Assembly: GCA_050742015.1 (NCBI GenBank)
Contig: JBOGEV010000014.1
Span: forward strand, 18,015-82,014
Reading direction: 5' to 3'
DNA: 64,000 nt
Source of the DNA: Acidimicrobiia bacterium
GTDB lineage: Bacteria > Actinomycetota > Acidimicrobiia > Spongiisociales > ZC4RG35
Part shown: positions 27,724-37,334 of the stretch, in pieces
Layout: every line of letters begins with the position of its first letter
Position numbering within the stretch: the first letter of the stretch is position 1
Notes under the pieces: generated by a model
Database searches by the model: none
Told to the model about the DNA's origin: nothing
What the model saw: the letters and a program-made list of their open reading frames with translations, nothing else
Made by a program: the position numbers and the translations under genes

Positions 27724-27732
27724 GACCTCCTG

Positions 27733-28383
27733 TTGGTGCGAAGAGCCGATCCTAACCCTGCCTGGAGCCAGGACTACTGGGTCGGCCTGCTACTTTCCTC
27801 CGTCGTGATCGACACGCGGGTACGTCCCCGGGTAACCCGTTTTCTCGAGCCAATCGGCAAGGCTCTGGCCGGCCTAGGGGTGAGCCCCACGGTCATGACC
27901 TCAGTGGGGCTGGCCATAGTCATCGCCGGGTCGGTGATGATCTCCACCGGGGCTCTCCGCATGGGGGCGATAGTCGTGGTGATCGGGTCGATCCTCGATG
28001 GACTCGACGGGTCGGTGGCCCGCGCCTCGGGGACCGAGACGGCGCGGGGTGCATTCCTCGACTCCGCCTTCGACCGATTGGGAGAGATAGCGGCCTTCGC
28101 CGGGCTCGGAGTGGCAGTGGCGCGGGAGACCGGGGACGAAGGAGTCCTGCTCCTCATCATCCTCGCCATCGGCGGGGCGATGCTGGTTCCCTACATCAGG
28201 TCTCGGGCCGAAGTCGAAGGATTCAACGGCAAAGGTGGCCTCATGGGACGGGCAGAACGGGTGCTCCTGTTCACCGTGGGCCTGATCGCCGGATACGTCG
28301 AGCCCATGTTGTGGATCTTCGTGGTCCTGGTCTGGATCACGGCCTTGATGCGCTTCGTCGACACCTACCGTTCATTCGAGTGA
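27733..28383 (+). CDS. pgsA1: CDP-alcohol phosphatidyltransferase (phosphatidylinositol-phosphate synthase PgsA1-like)
   Basis: DGLDGSVARASGTETARGAFLDSAFD matches the D-G-x2-A-R...G-x3-D-x3-D motif. It heads the conserved pgsA1-acyltransferase-pimA PIM locus. Start is ambiguous: TTG 27733 is only 9 bp from the divergent EF-G2 start, and GTG 27805 is the alternative. Confidence 0.8.
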   Translation: MVRRADPNPAWSQDYWVGLLLSSVVIDTRVRPRVTRFLEPIGKALAGLGVSPTVMTSVGLAIVIAGSVMISTGALRMGAIVVVIGSILDGLDGSVARASGTETARGAFLDSAFDRLGEIAAFAGLGVAVARETGDEGVLLLIILAIGGAMLVPYIRSRAEVEGFNGKGGLMGRAERVLLFTVGLIAGYVEPMLWIFVVLVWITALMRFVDTYRSFE

Positions 28384-29258
28384 AGGACCTCCCCGGATAC
28401 CTCGCCCTACGTCTCGGCGCAGGGCTGATCGGCCTGCTCCCCGCGGCGGCTGCTCGTGGGTTGGGCCGGGCCGGTGGCCGCGTGTGGCATGCCCTGGCCG
28501 GGGGACGACGGAACATGGCCGAGCGCCACATGAGACGAGTCCTGGGTGACGGAGCGGACCCGGAACGGGCCGCCCGGTCGGTCATGCGATCCTATGGCCG
28601 CTATTACGCCGAGGCTCTCTGGGTGAGGGGGAGGCGGGTGGAGGAGCTCAAAACTCATACCGCGGTGGAGGGCCTGCAGAGGATCATCGACGCCCGCGAC
28701 CAGGGCACCGGCATGATCTACGGGCTTCCCCACGTCGGCAACTGGGAGGTTGCGGCGCCGGTTGCCGTCTCCGAGAAGGTCCCGGTGGTCGCAGTTGCCG
28801 AGAAGCTGCCCAATCGCAAGATCACCGATTGGTTCACCGACATGAGGTCCGAGTTCGGCATCGAGATCGTGCTGGCGACCGGCGGTACCGAGGTCATGAG
28901 AAAGCTGGAGACGGCTCTCCGGGACAACAAGGCGGTGGCGCTCCTCGCCGACCGGGACCTGAAAGGTCGAGGCGTCGAGGTCGTGTTCTTCGGTGAGAAG
29001 ACCACCTTGCCTCCGGGGCCGGCCACCCTTGCCCTGAGGACGGGAGCCCCCCTGTTCCCTGTCGCCACCTATTTCGACGGTGACAACGGTTATCGGGTGG
29101 TGGTGCAACCCGCGATTCCGATACCCGACGAGGGGACCCGTTCTGAGAAGGTGGCTGCGATGACTCAATCCCTGGCGGCGGAAATGGAGACGCTGATACG
29201 GGCCGCTCCGGAGCAATGGCATCTGGTCCAGCCCAACTGGCCCTCGGATCGGACCTGA
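28380..29258 (+). CDS. patA: lipid A biosynthesis (HtrB/LpxL)-family acyltransferase, PIM acyltransferase (PatA-like)
   Basis: LPLAT/HtrB-family fold (YGLPHVGNWEVAA...LADRD). GTG start overlaps the pgsA1 stop (GTGA). It sits between pgsA1 and pimA, as Rv2611c does. Confidence 0.75.
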   Translation: MKDLPGYLALRLGAGLIGLLPAAAARGLGRAGGRVWHALAGGRRNMAERHMRRVLGDGADPERAARSVMRSYGRYYAEALWVRGRRVEELKTHTAVEGLQRIIDARDQGTGMIYGLPHVGNWEVAAPVAVSEKVPVVAVAEKLPNRKITDWFTDMRSEFGIEIVLATGGTEVMRKLETALRDNKAVALLADRDLKGRGVEVVFFGEKTTLPPGPATLALRTGAPLFPVATYFDGDNGYRVVVQPAIPIPDEGTRSEKVAAMTQSLAAEMETLIRAAPEQWHLVQPNWPSDRT

Positions 29259-29259
29259 C

Positions 29260-30306
29260 ATGAAGGTGGGCCTGGTCTGCCCCTACGACCTGTCCGCGCC
29301 GGGTGGGGTGCAGCAGGTCACGATCGAGTTGGCCGCCGAGCTCCGGCGGGTGGGTGACGAGGTGACCCTGATCGGGGCCGGTGCATATGGGTCACACGGT
29401 CCGGGTCACGACGACGACACGGTGATGGCGGGAAGGCCGTTCCGGATCCGGGCCAACGACTCTGTCGTTCCCCTCACCTTGAGCCCGATGTCGTGGGGCC
29501 GTGTCCGCCGGGCCCTGGCCGATGTCGACGTGGTCCACGTCCACGAGCCGCTGGTGCCTTGGGTCGGTTGGGTGGCTTTGACGGTCGACAAGCCGACTGT
29601 CGCAACGTTTCATGCCGATCCACGTGGCTGGGTGGCCGGAGCCTACGAGCGCGCCCCACTGATCGGCCGAAGGTTGAGAAGGGCCGTGCTGACCGCAGTG
29701 AGCGACACCGCGGCGAAGGCGATCCCGACGGAGTGGGGCCTGATCGCGATCATCCCCAACGGGATCGACGTCTCCTCGTACCGGCTCCCGGTGGGCCGGG
29801 TCGATCGCCGGGTGTGCTTCCTGGGACGGGACGAGCCGCGAAAGGGGCTCGACGTGATCCTCGAGGCTTGGCCCATCGTTCGTGAGCAGGTTCCCCAGGC
29901 GGAGCTCAAGGTGATGGGCGCCACGAGATCGGTCACCGAGCCGGGGGTCGAATACCTGGGTCGTGTCAGCGTCGGGGAGAAGAAGAGGGTCCTTGCCTCC
30001 AGCCTGGTCTACGTCGCTCCCAACACTGGCGGGGAGAGTTTCGGGATCGTGATTGCCGAAGGGCTGGCGGCCGGCTGCGCCGTCGTCTGTTCCGACCTCC
30101 CGGCTTTTCGCGCCGTGATCGGGGACGCTGGAAGGCTGGTCCCGGTAGGGGATGGGAAACGGCTCGCCCAGGAGGTCGCCTCCTTGCTGAGCAACCCCGA
30201 GGAGGCACGGGCTCTGGGGGAGCTGGGCGCAGAGGAGGCCAAGCGGTTCGACTGGAGCGTCGTCGGGTCGGCCTACCGCGACCTCTACCAGCAGGTGGTC
30301 TCTTAG
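29260..30306 (+). CDS. pimA: GT4 glycosyltransferase, phosphatidylinositol alpha-mannosyltransferase PimA-like
   Basis: [20 protein letters not shown] is a GT-B N-domain. The C-terminal E-x7-E region is present. Confidence 0.8.
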   Translation: MKVGLVCPYDLSAPGGVQQVTIELAAELRRVGDEVTLIGAGAYGSHGPGHDDDTVMAGRPFRIRANDSVVPLTLSPMSWGRVRRALADVDVVHVHEPLVPWVGWVALTVDKPTVATFHADPRGWVAGAYERAPLIGRRLRRAVLTAVSDTAAKAIPTEWGLIAIIPNGIDVSSYRLPVGRVDRRVCFLGRDEPRKGLDVILEAWPIVREQVPQAELKVMGATRSVTEPGVEYLGRVSVGEKKRVLASSLVYVAPNTGGESFGIVIAEGLAAGCAVVCSDLPAFRAVIGDAGRLVPVGDGKRLAQEVASLLSNPEEARALGELGAEEAKRFDWSVVGSAYRDLYQQVVS

Positions 30307-30329
30307 ATCATCGCCGCCGACCCTGTACC

Positions 30330-31244
30330 ATGGGATCTCCCCTCAATGGAGCCGAGAGAGAAGTGGAAACCGGTACCGATCGCGTGAAGAGAGGCCTGGC
30401 CGAGATGCTCAAGGGCGGCGTCATCATGGACGTCGTAACCGCAGACGAGGCCAAGATCGCCGAAGAGGCCGGCGCGGTCGCGGTGATGGCCCTGGAACGG
30501 GTCCCTTCCGACATCCGGAAGCAGGGTGGCGTGGCCCGGATGGCCGACCCGACCAAGATCGAGGAGATCCAGGCCGCGGTGACCATCCCGGTGATGGCCA
30601 AGTGCCGCATCGGCCACTTTGCCGAGGCCGCGGTCCTCCAGGCCCTCGGTGTCGACTACATCGACGAGTCAGAGGTGTTGACACCGGCGGACGAGGAGCA
30701 TCACGTCGACAAGTGGGCATTCACCACCCCGTTCGTCTGTGGCGCCCGCAACCTGGGTGAGGCACTCCGTCGCATCGGGGAGGGGGCGGCCATGATTCGG
30801 ACCAAAGGCGAAGCCGGGACGGGGAACGTGGTGGAGGCAGTCCGTCACATGAGGACCGTCACCAACCAGATGCGGGCCCTGACCACGATGGACGAAGCGC
30901 AACTCATGGCGGCGGCCCGTGATCACTCGGCTCCTCACGAGTTGGTGCGGGAAGTTGCGTCGACCGGCAAGCTCCCTGTCGTCAACTTCGCCGCCGGCGG
31001 CATCGCCACGCCGTCGGATGCCGCATTGATGATGTCGCTCGGTGTCGACGGTGTCTTCGTCGGATCGGGGATTTTCAAGAGCTCCGGCCCCGAGGCCTAT
31101 GCCCGGGCCATCGTCGAGGCGACGACCTTCTGGAACGAGCCCGAGGTCGTGGCCAAGGTCTCCCGCGGGCTCGGCGAGGCCATGCCCGGCATCGAGATCA
31201 ACACCCTGGGTGACACGGAGCGTCTCGCCTCCCGGGGATGGTGA
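30330..31244 (+). CDS. pdxS: pyridoxal 5'-phosphate synthase lyase subunit PdxS
   Basis: [45 protein letters not shown] is nearly invariant in PdxS. Confidence 0.93.
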   Translation: MGSPLNGAEREVETGTDRVKRGLAEMLKGGVIMDVVTADEAKIAEEAGAVAVMALERVPSDIRKQGGVARMADPTKIEEIQAAVTIPVMAKCRIGHFAEAAVLQALGVDYIDESEVLTPADEEHHVDKWAFTTPFVCGARNLGEALRRIGEGAAMIRTKGEAGTGNVVEAVRHMRTVTNQMRALTTMDEAQLMAAARDHSAPHELVREVASTGKLPVVNFAAGGIATPSDAALMMSLGVDGVFVGSGIFKSSGPEAYARAIVEATTFWNEPEVVAKVSRGLGEAMPGIEINTLGDTERLASRGW

Positions 31245-31245
31245 C

Positions 31246-31809
31246 ATGACCACCGTCGGCGTCCTTGCCCTGCAGGGCGACGTACGGGAGCACCTGACGA
31301 TCCTCGAGCACCTCGGTGTGAGCGCAAGGCAGGTGAAGAAGCCGGAACAGCTCGAGTCGGTCGACGCCCTGGTCATCCCCGGTGGCGAGTCGACCACGAT
31401 CGGGAAGATGGCGGTCCGATTCGGCCTTCTCGAGCCGCTGCGGGAGGCGGTCGAGTCTGGCCTCCCCACCTATGGCACCTGCGCCGGCCTCATCCTTCTG
31501 GCCGGAGCGGTAACGGACGGGGATCAGCCGTTGTTGGGTGTCCTCGACATCGTGGTCCGCCGTAACGCCTTCGGCCGGCAGAACGAGTCCTTCGAGTCGG
31601 ACCTGGACATCGACGGGCTCGAGGATCGATTCCACGCCGTGTTCATTCGGGCCCCCTGGGTCGAGAAGGTGGGCTCTGATGTCGAGGTGCTGGCCGCGAT
31701 CGAGGAGCATCCGGTAATGGTGCGTCAGAACGCGATCCTGGCCTCGTCGTTCCATCCCGAGCTCACCGGTGACGGGCGGATCCACCGCATGCTCCTGGAC
31801 CTGATCTGA
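31246..31809 (+). CDS. pdxT: pyridoxal 5'-phosphate synthase glutaminase subunit PdxT
   Basis: MTTVGVLALQGDVREH...GTCAG... is a class I glutamine amidotransferase. ATG 31246 follows the pdxS stop by 1 nt. The ORF track is over-extended to 31042. Confidence 0.9.
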   Translation: MTTVGVLALQGDVREHLTILEHLGVSARQVKKPEQLESVDALVIPGGESTTIGKMAVRFGLLEPLREAVESGLPTYGTCAGLILLAGAVTDGDQPLLGVLDIVVRRNAFGRQNESFESDLDIDGLEDRFHAVFIRAPWVEKVGSDVEVLAAIEEHPVMVRQNAILASSFHPELTGDGRIHRMLLDLI

Positions 31810-31817
31810 GTTAGTCC

Positions 31818-32567
31818 ATGGCCGGTCACTCGAAATGGGCCAACATCAAGCACCGCAAAGGCCGGCAGGACGCGGCCCGCGGCAAGCTGTTCGGCAAGCT
31901 GGCCAAGGCGATCGAGATCGCGGCGCGGGAGGGTGGAGGCAATCCCGACTTCAACCCGACCTTGGCCACTGCCATCTTCAAGGCAAAAGCTGCCTCGATG
32001 CCCAACGACAACATCGATCGTGCGGTCAAACGCGGCACCGGCGAGGTCGAAGGGGCCCATTACGAGGAGGTCTGGTACGAGGGCTACGGTCCGGGGGGTG
32101 TCGCCCTATATGTGCAGATCCTCACCGACAACCGCAACCGAGCTGCCTCCGACGTCCGGTCCACGTTCACCCGGAGCGGGGGCAACCTCGGGGAGCCGGG
32201 CTCGGTGGGCTATCTGTTCAGCCAGAAGGGCCTGATCGAAGTGCGAGGCGACGAAGACGACGTGATGCTCGTCGCCCTGGACTCGGGCGCCGAGGACATC
32301 CGCGAGTCGGGTGACGGCTGGTTCGAGGTGATCACGTCGCCGGGTGAACTGCAGCAGGTGCGCTCGGCCCTCGACGAAGCCGGTCTCGATGTGGAGACGG
32401 CGGACGTCACGCAGCTTCCATCGAGCACCGTCCCTGTTGGAGAAGGCGAGGCGCGAAAACTTCTGCGTTTGATCGACGCTTTGGACGACTTGGACGACGT
32501 GCAGGCCGTCTTCTCCAACTACGACATCGATGACGATGTCATGGAGAAGGCGCTCGAAGAAGTCTGA
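31818..32567 (+). CDS. YebC/PmpR family DNA-binding transcriptional regulator
   Basis: MAGHSKWANIKHRKGRQDAARGKLFGKLAKAIEIAAREGGGNPDFNP is the hallmark YebC N-terminus. Confidence 0.9.
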   Translation: MAGHSKWANIKHRKGRQDAARGKLFGKLAKAIEIAAREGGGNPDFNPTLATAIFKAKAASMPNDNIDRAVKRGTGEVEGAHYEEVWYEGYGPGGVALYVQILTDNRNRAASDVRSTFTRSGGNLGEPGSVGYLFSQKGLIEVRGDEDDVMLVALDSGAEDIRESGDGWFEVITSPGELQQVRSALDEAGLDVETADVTQLPSSTVPVGEGEARKLLRLIDALDDLDDVQAVFSNYDIDDDVMEKALEEV

Positions 32568-32909
32568 TCAAGGCTGGGGTGGGGGGCCTCCGGTGGTTGC
32601 CGTGGTTCCTCCAGCGGTCCGTCCCGCCATCGATCCATAGATGAGCACCAGCACAGCGGCTACGGCTACCTGAATCGCGAGCTTGATCCAGTCGATGCCG
32701 GAAGTATCGCCGACACCAACCCAGTCCGCGATCAGGCCGCCCAAGAGCGCGCCGGCGGCACCGATGAGGATGGTCATAACCATCGAGATGTTCTGCTTGC
32801 CGGGTAGCACGAGTCGAGCCAGCGGTCCGATGATGATGCCACCGATCAGTGCTCCGATGAGCGTTGAGAGCCAGTCCAATGTGCGCTCCTTCCTCCGGAC
32901 TCGCCGCAA
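32568..32909 (-). CDS. GlsB/YeaQ/YmgE family stress-response membrane protein
   Basis: 113 aa with Gly-zipper TM helices (LIGALIGGIIIGPLARLVLPG...LIGAAGALLGGLIADWV). Confidence 0.7.
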   Translation of the reverse strand: MRRVRRKERTLDWLSTLIGALIGGIIIGPLARLVLPGKQNISMVMTILIGAAGALLGGLIADWVGVGDTSGIDWIKLAIQVAVAAVLVLIYGSMAGRTAGGTTATTGGPPPQP

Positions 32910-33007
32910 ACCCTAGACATGACCCTCATCCCCGTGCGGCCTGGATCGTTTCCTGGTTTTGGAGGAGGGGTAAGAAGGCAACACCCAACCACTCGGAGGT
33001 AGAGAAA

Positions 33008-33268
33008 ATGGGAATCCTGATTTGGTTGCTCGTCGGCCTGATCGCTGGGCTCATCGCTCGCGCCCTGGTCCCCGGCTCGGACCCGATGGGAATACTCGGC
33101 ACCCTCGTGCTCGGGCTCATCGGGTCGTTGGTCGGCGGCTTCCTCGGGAACTTGCTGTTTGACGCGCAATGGGATGTCTCAGCCGCCGGGATCATCGGCT
33201 CCATCGTGGGTGCCGTCATCGCCTTGTTGATCTACCGGGCGGCCAGGTCCTCGCGTACGGTGGCGTAG
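33008..33268 (+). CDS. GlsB/YeaQ/YmgE family stress-response membrane protein (paralogue, divergent from the upstream one)
   Basis: 86 aa MGILIWLLVGLIAGLIARALVPGSDPMGILGTLVLGLIGSLVGGFLGN. ATG 33008 with RBS GGAGG. The ORF track is over-extended. Confidence 0.7.
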   Translation: MGILIWLLVGLIAGLIARALVPGSDPMGILGTLVLGLIGSLVGGFLGNLLFDAQWDVSAAGIIGSIVGAVIALLIYRAARSSRTVA

Positions 33269-33271
33269 CCG

Positions 33272-34018
33272 GTGCCGGCAACCGTCGACCGCGAACATGT
33301 GCTTCGCCTGGCTGAGCTCGGGGCGCCAATCGTGGACGTGCTGTCGCCCGACGAGCACCACCAGCTACGGATCGCCGGGTCGGCCGGGCTGTGGCTCAGA
33401 GAGCTGGATGCGGGATCGGTCGCCGGATTCGCAAAGGGCGATCCCATAGTCGTCTATTGCCATGACCATCTCTGAGACATGAGCGCACGAGCCGCGTGGC
33501 GGCTCGAAGATCTGGGTTTCAGCGCGGTCTACGACTATGACGCCGGCCGGCAGGACTGGCAGGAATCCGGGCTCCCCATCGAAGGCAGTGAAGCGCGCGG
33601 GGCGATCGTGGCCGATGCGATCACGGTCGATCCCCCCAATTGCGGGCCAGACGACACTGTGGGCCGGGCCAGGAGCCTGCTCGGCAATGGCACCCAGGTG
33701 ATCGTGGTCAATGAGCCGGGCATCGTCCTCGGTGTCATGCGCAAGGAGAGTTGGGATGCGGCTGACGAGACCTTGGTCGGAGAGGTGATGCGTCTCGGGC
33801 CGTCGACCGTACGACCCGGGTCGATGCTCGTACCCCTCCTGGAGCGGATGAAGGCCAAGGAAACCGAGTCGGTGCTCGTATCCGACCCTGAGGGCCGGTT
33901 GATCGGAGTCCTCGACCGATTCGACGGAGAGGCGTTCCTCTCGGGCGAGTCGATCGAGTCCAGGTTCGAGACATGCGACTCATGCCCCGGTTGGTGGCGG
34001 CACCGTCTCGTCTCCTGA
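33272..34018 (+). pseudogene. rhodanese-domain plus CBS-pair fusion gene interrupted by an in-frame TGA (33473-33475) inside the rhodanese catalytic loop
   Basis: The upstream piece (67 aa) ends ...DPIVVYCHDHL-TGA. The downstream piece resumes in the same frame 3 nt later at ATG 33479 (DMSARAAWRLEDLGFSAVYDYDAGRQDWQESGLP), completing the rhodanese fold and continuing into two CBS motifs. A hairpin cgagccgcGTGgcggctcg sits 12 nt after the TGA. This could be a pseudogene, a sequencing error or a recoded UGA. Confidence 0.6.
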
Positions 34019-34131
34019 TTTCGAGATCGTGGGCGGTGAGGCGCGTCCGGCACGGCTTTCGTTCGGTTGCAGGAGGCCGGTGCCCAGCCGGGAAATCGTC
34101 GGAATCCCGGGTCGGGTTGCCTAACCTCACC

Positions 34132-34144
34132 AAACATATGTTCG
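34132..34144. promoter_or_regulatory. putative LexA operator overlapping the ruvC start codon
   Basis: aaacATATgttcg is identical to the 13-mer at 8637-8649 in the lexA promoter. It matches the Cheo consensus except for one A-for-G change in the left half-site. Confidence 0.55.
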
Positions 34145-34671
34145 TGCTCGGCATCGATCCTGGCCTGTCGGCCACCGGGTATGGGGTGGTGGAGGGCGGG
34201 CACCCGCCGACCGCCGTCCTGGCCGGGGTGATCAGGACCGATCCAAATGCTCCGACGACTGACCGGCTGGCGGAGTTGTTCGAGGGTTTGACCCAGATCA
34301 TCGCCGACTCCAGACCCGACACGGTGGCTCTGGAATCGGTGTTCACCAACCAGAATCTGCAGACCGCCATCTCGGTGGGCCGGGCCTCGGGCGTTGCCCT
34401 CCTCGTCGCCGGCCGGGCCGGGCTCCCGGTCTCTGAATACGCCCCGACCGCGGTCAAGTCGGCCATCACCGGCGACGGGACCGCTTCGAAGGCCCAGATC
34501 CAGCAGATGGTGGCCCGCCTCCTCAGGCTGTCGGAGCCTCCCAAGCCGGCGGATGCTGCCGACGCCCTGGCCATTGCACTCTGTCACCTGCGGGCCGCTC
34601 CGTTGGAGATGTCTCTCCCTCTGAAGGGGGGAGTACCGGCGAAGCCGGGGATGGGGGAGGCTTTTCGATGA
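34138..34671 (+). CDS. ruvC: crossover junction endodeoxyribonuclease RuvC
   Basis: MFVLGIDPGLSATGYGVV is the RNase H-fold N-terminus with the catalytic Asp. ATG 34138. The ORF track extends spuriously to 33973. Confidence 0.9.
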   Translation: MFVLGIDPGLSATGYGVVEGGHPPTAVLAGVIRTDPNAPTTDRLAELFEGLTQIIADSRPDTVALESVFTNQNLQTAISVGRASGVALLVAGRAGLPVSEYAPTAVKSAITGDGTASKAQIQQMVARLLRLSEPPKPADAADALAIALCHLRAAPLEMSLPLKGGVPAKPGMGEAFR

Positions 34672-35237
34672 TCGGCCGGCTCCGCGGTGTGCTCGTCTCC
34701 CGACGCGGGGACGTCGCCTCGATCGAGGTCGGTGGCGTGGGTTACGAGGTCACCCTCACCCCGCGTGGCCTCGCCGACCTGCCCGGACTGGGTGAGGAGG
34801 TGGTGGTACACACCCATACCCATGTTCGAGAGGACGAGATGAGTCTCTACGGGTTCGGCTCCGAGCCGGACCGGGACCTGTTCCGCGTCCTGCTCGGGGC
34901 AGGTGGTGTCGGTCCCAAGCTGGCGATGGCCATCTCCGGCAGCATGAGCCACCAGGAGATCGTGCGCGCCATCGTCACCGAAGATGCCGACGCCCTCACC
35001 GTCGTGCCCGGGGTCGGGAAGCGGGGTGCGCAGAAGATCGTCCTCGAGCTGGCGCCGAAACTGGCCGGGATCGATCCCGACGTGGTCGGTTCGCCAAGCA
35101 CGGTGACGGTCCGTCAGGCACTGGAGGGCCTGGGCTACACCACGGATGAGATCAATGGCGTCATGAGCGAGGTCGACCCGGATTCGAGCATCGAGAATCA
35201 GATCAAGACCGCCCTGCGGGCCCTGGCACGGGGATAG
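34668..35237 (+). CDS. ruvA: Holliday junction DNA helicase subunit RuvA
   Basis: [28 protein letters not shown] is the OB-fold N-terminus, followed by HhH motifs. ATGA-coupled to ruvC. Confidence 0.9.
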   Translation: MIGRLRGVLVSRRGDVASIEVGGVGYEVTLTPRGLADLPGLGEEVVVHTHTHVREDEMSLYGFGSEPDRDLFRVLLGAGGVGPKLAMAISGSMSHQEIVRAIVTEDADALTVVPGVGKRGAQKIVLELAPKLAGIDPDVVGSPSTVTVRQALEGLGYTTDEINGVMSEVDPDSSIENQIKTALRALARG

Positions 35238-35239
35238 CC

Positions 35240-36253
35240 ATGAGGGAAGACTCCTTGCTCAATCCGACTCTCGAATCCGAAGAGGAGATCACGCTTCGGC
35301 CGAAGCGACTCGATGAGTTCATCGGCCAGGATCAGGTGCGGGAGCGTCTCCGCATCTCGCTCGAAGCGGCCCGAAAGCAGGGTCGGCCCCTGGACCATGT
35401 CCTCTTCTCCGGGCCCCCGGGTCTGGGCAAGACCACCCTTGCCGGGGTGATCGCCTATGAGCTCGAGGTCAAGATGCGGGTGACCTCGGGCCCGGCTCTC
35501 GATCGGCCCGGCGATCTGGCCGCCATTTTGTCCAATCTCGATGTTGGCGACGTGTTCTTCATCGACGAGATCCACAGGCTCCCTCGGGCGGTGGAAGAGG
35601 TGCTCTATCCCGCCATGGAGGACTTCCAATTGGACATCGTGCTCGGCAAGGGGCCAACCGCCCAGTCGATCCGCCTCGACCTGCCCCGTTTCACCCTGGT
35701 CGGTGCCACGACCCGCAAGGGCACCGTCACCGCCCCACTTCGGGACCGCTTCGGCATCGAGGAGAAGCTCGACTACTACGAGCCGGAGCATCTGGCTGTG
35801 ATTATTCGCCGTTCGGCGGGGATCATCGACGTCGACATCTCGGACGCCGCCGCCGCGATCATTGCCCGTCGCAGTCGATCGACTCCACGTATCGCCAACC
35901 GACTTCTGGCCCGGGTCAGGGACTTCGCGGTGGCGCGTGCGTCTGGTGTCATCGACACTCAGGTCGCCGAGGACGCGCTGTCGGTATTCGAGGTCGACGA
36001 TCTCGGTCTGGACAAGGTGGATCGCTCGATCCTTGTGTCGATAATCGAGAGGTTCGGTGGCGGGCCGGTCGGGCTTTCCACCCTCGCCATCGCCGTCGGC
36101 GAGGAGCCGGAGACGGTGGAGGACGCCTACGAGCCGTTTCTCCTGCAATCCGGGCTGCTAAAGCGAACACCACGTGGCCGGATGGCGACGGCCCGGGCTT
36201 ATACCCATCTCGGGGTCGACCCACCGGCTGATTCTCAAGGGACGCTGCTCTAG
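35240..36253 (+). CDS. ruvB: Holliday junction DNA helicase RuvB
   Basis: [15 protein letters not shown]...[14 protein letters not shown] is the AAA+ Walker A. The sensor and winged-helix C-terminus are present. Confidence 0.93.
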   Translation: MREDSLLNPTLESEEEITLRPKRLDEFIGQDQVRERLRISLEAARKQGRPLDHVLFSGPPGLGKTTLAGVIAYELEVKMRVTSGPALDRPGDLAAILSNLDVGDVFFIDEIHRLPRAVEEVLYPAMEDFQLDIVLGKGPTAQSIRLDLPRFTLVGATTRKGTVTAPLRDRFGIEEKLDYYEPEHLAVIIRRSAGIIDVDISDAAAAIIARRSRSTPRIANRLLARVRDFAVARASGVIDTQVAEDALSVFEVDDLGLDKVDRSILVSIIERFGGGPVGLSTLAIAVGEEPETVEDAYEPFLLQSGLLKRTPRGRMATARAYTHLGVDPPADSQGTLL

Positions 36254-36303
36254 GCGTGGACCGGTCCCACATGCGAACGCCGCCTCCTCGCCACCGATAG
36301 CCT

Positions 36304-37326
36304 TTGGCCTCGATGCGGGTCGATGATTTCAAGTACTCATTGCCGGAATCATCGATCGCCCAGGCGGCGATAGAGCCCCGGCACGATGCCCGGCTCCTCG
36401 ACACCCGGGACTCGACCGATCACCATTTTCTCGATTTGCCGCTCCTGCTCCAACCCGAAGACCTGGTGGTGGTCAACGAGACCAGGGTAAGGGCGGCCCG
36501 GCTGGTGGGTCGACGCCAGCACAGCGGGGGACAAGTCGAATTGCTTCTCCTCCGCGCTCGACCCGACGGGCTGTGGGAGGCGCTGGCCCGCCCCTCGCGC
36601 CGGCTGCGACCCGGGATTGTGATCCAGTTCCAGGGGCTCACCGCCGAGCTCGTAGAAGGACCGTCCGATGGCATGGTGGTCGTGGAGTTGGATGCTCCGG
36701 ACGTCGAGGCGGCGATTACCGCGGCCGGGGAGATCCCACTTCCTCCATACTTCAGAGGGACCCTCGCAGACCGCGCCCGTTATCAGACGATGTTCGCCCG
36801 GGCAACGGGTTCCGCGGCGGCACCGACCGCCGGGCTCCATTTCACGCCGCAGGTGGTGAGCGGTCTCAGCGAACGGAGGATCGCCATCGCATCGGTGGAC
36901 CTCCACGTAGGGCTCGACACCTTTCGCCCGATCGCTGCCGAACGGATCGAGGACCATGAGATGCACCGGGAGTGGTGCTCGGTCCCGGAGAGGACTGCCG
37001 AGGCGGTCGATCGCACCCGGGCGAAGGGTGGCAAAGTGGTCGCGGTGGGTACCACAGTGGTTCGCACACTGGAGACATTTGCGACCGAGGCCGGGACCGT
37101 CGAGGCGGGGACCGCTGACACCGACCTCTTTCTCAAGCCGGGCGACCGGTTCCAGGTGGTGGACACCCTCATCACCAACTTCCACGTCCCGGGTTCGACC
37201 CTCGTCGTCCTGGTCGCGGCGTTCATGGGGGATCGGTGGCGGGAGGCCTATCAGACCGCCCTCGACCGGGGCTATCGGTTCCTGTCGTTTGGCGACGCCA
37301 TGTATGCCGAGCGCGATCGCCCATAA
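36304..37326 (+). CDS. queA: tRNA preQ1(34) S-adenosylmethionine ribosyltransferase-isomerase QueA
   Basis: MRVDDFKYSLPESSIAQAAIEPRHDARLL is the typical QueA N-terminus. 340 aa. Confidence 0.88.
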   Translation: MASMRVDDFKYSLPESSIAQAAIEPRHDARLLDTRDSTDHHFLDLPLLLQPEDLVVVNETRVRAARLVGRRQHSGGQVELLLLRARPDGLWEALARPSRRLRPGIVIQFQGLTAELVEGPSDGMVVVELDAPDVEAAITAAGEIPLPPYFRGTLADRARYQTMFARATGSAAAPTAGLHFTPQVVSGLSERRIAIASVDLHVGLDTFRPIAAERIEDHEMHREWCSVPERTAEAVDRTRAKGGKVVAVGTTVVRTLETFATEAGTVEAGTADTDLFLKPGDRFQVVDTLITNFHVPGSTLVVLVAAFMGDRWREAYQTALDRGYRFLSFGDAMYAERDRP

Positions 37327-37334
37327 TCGGGGCT

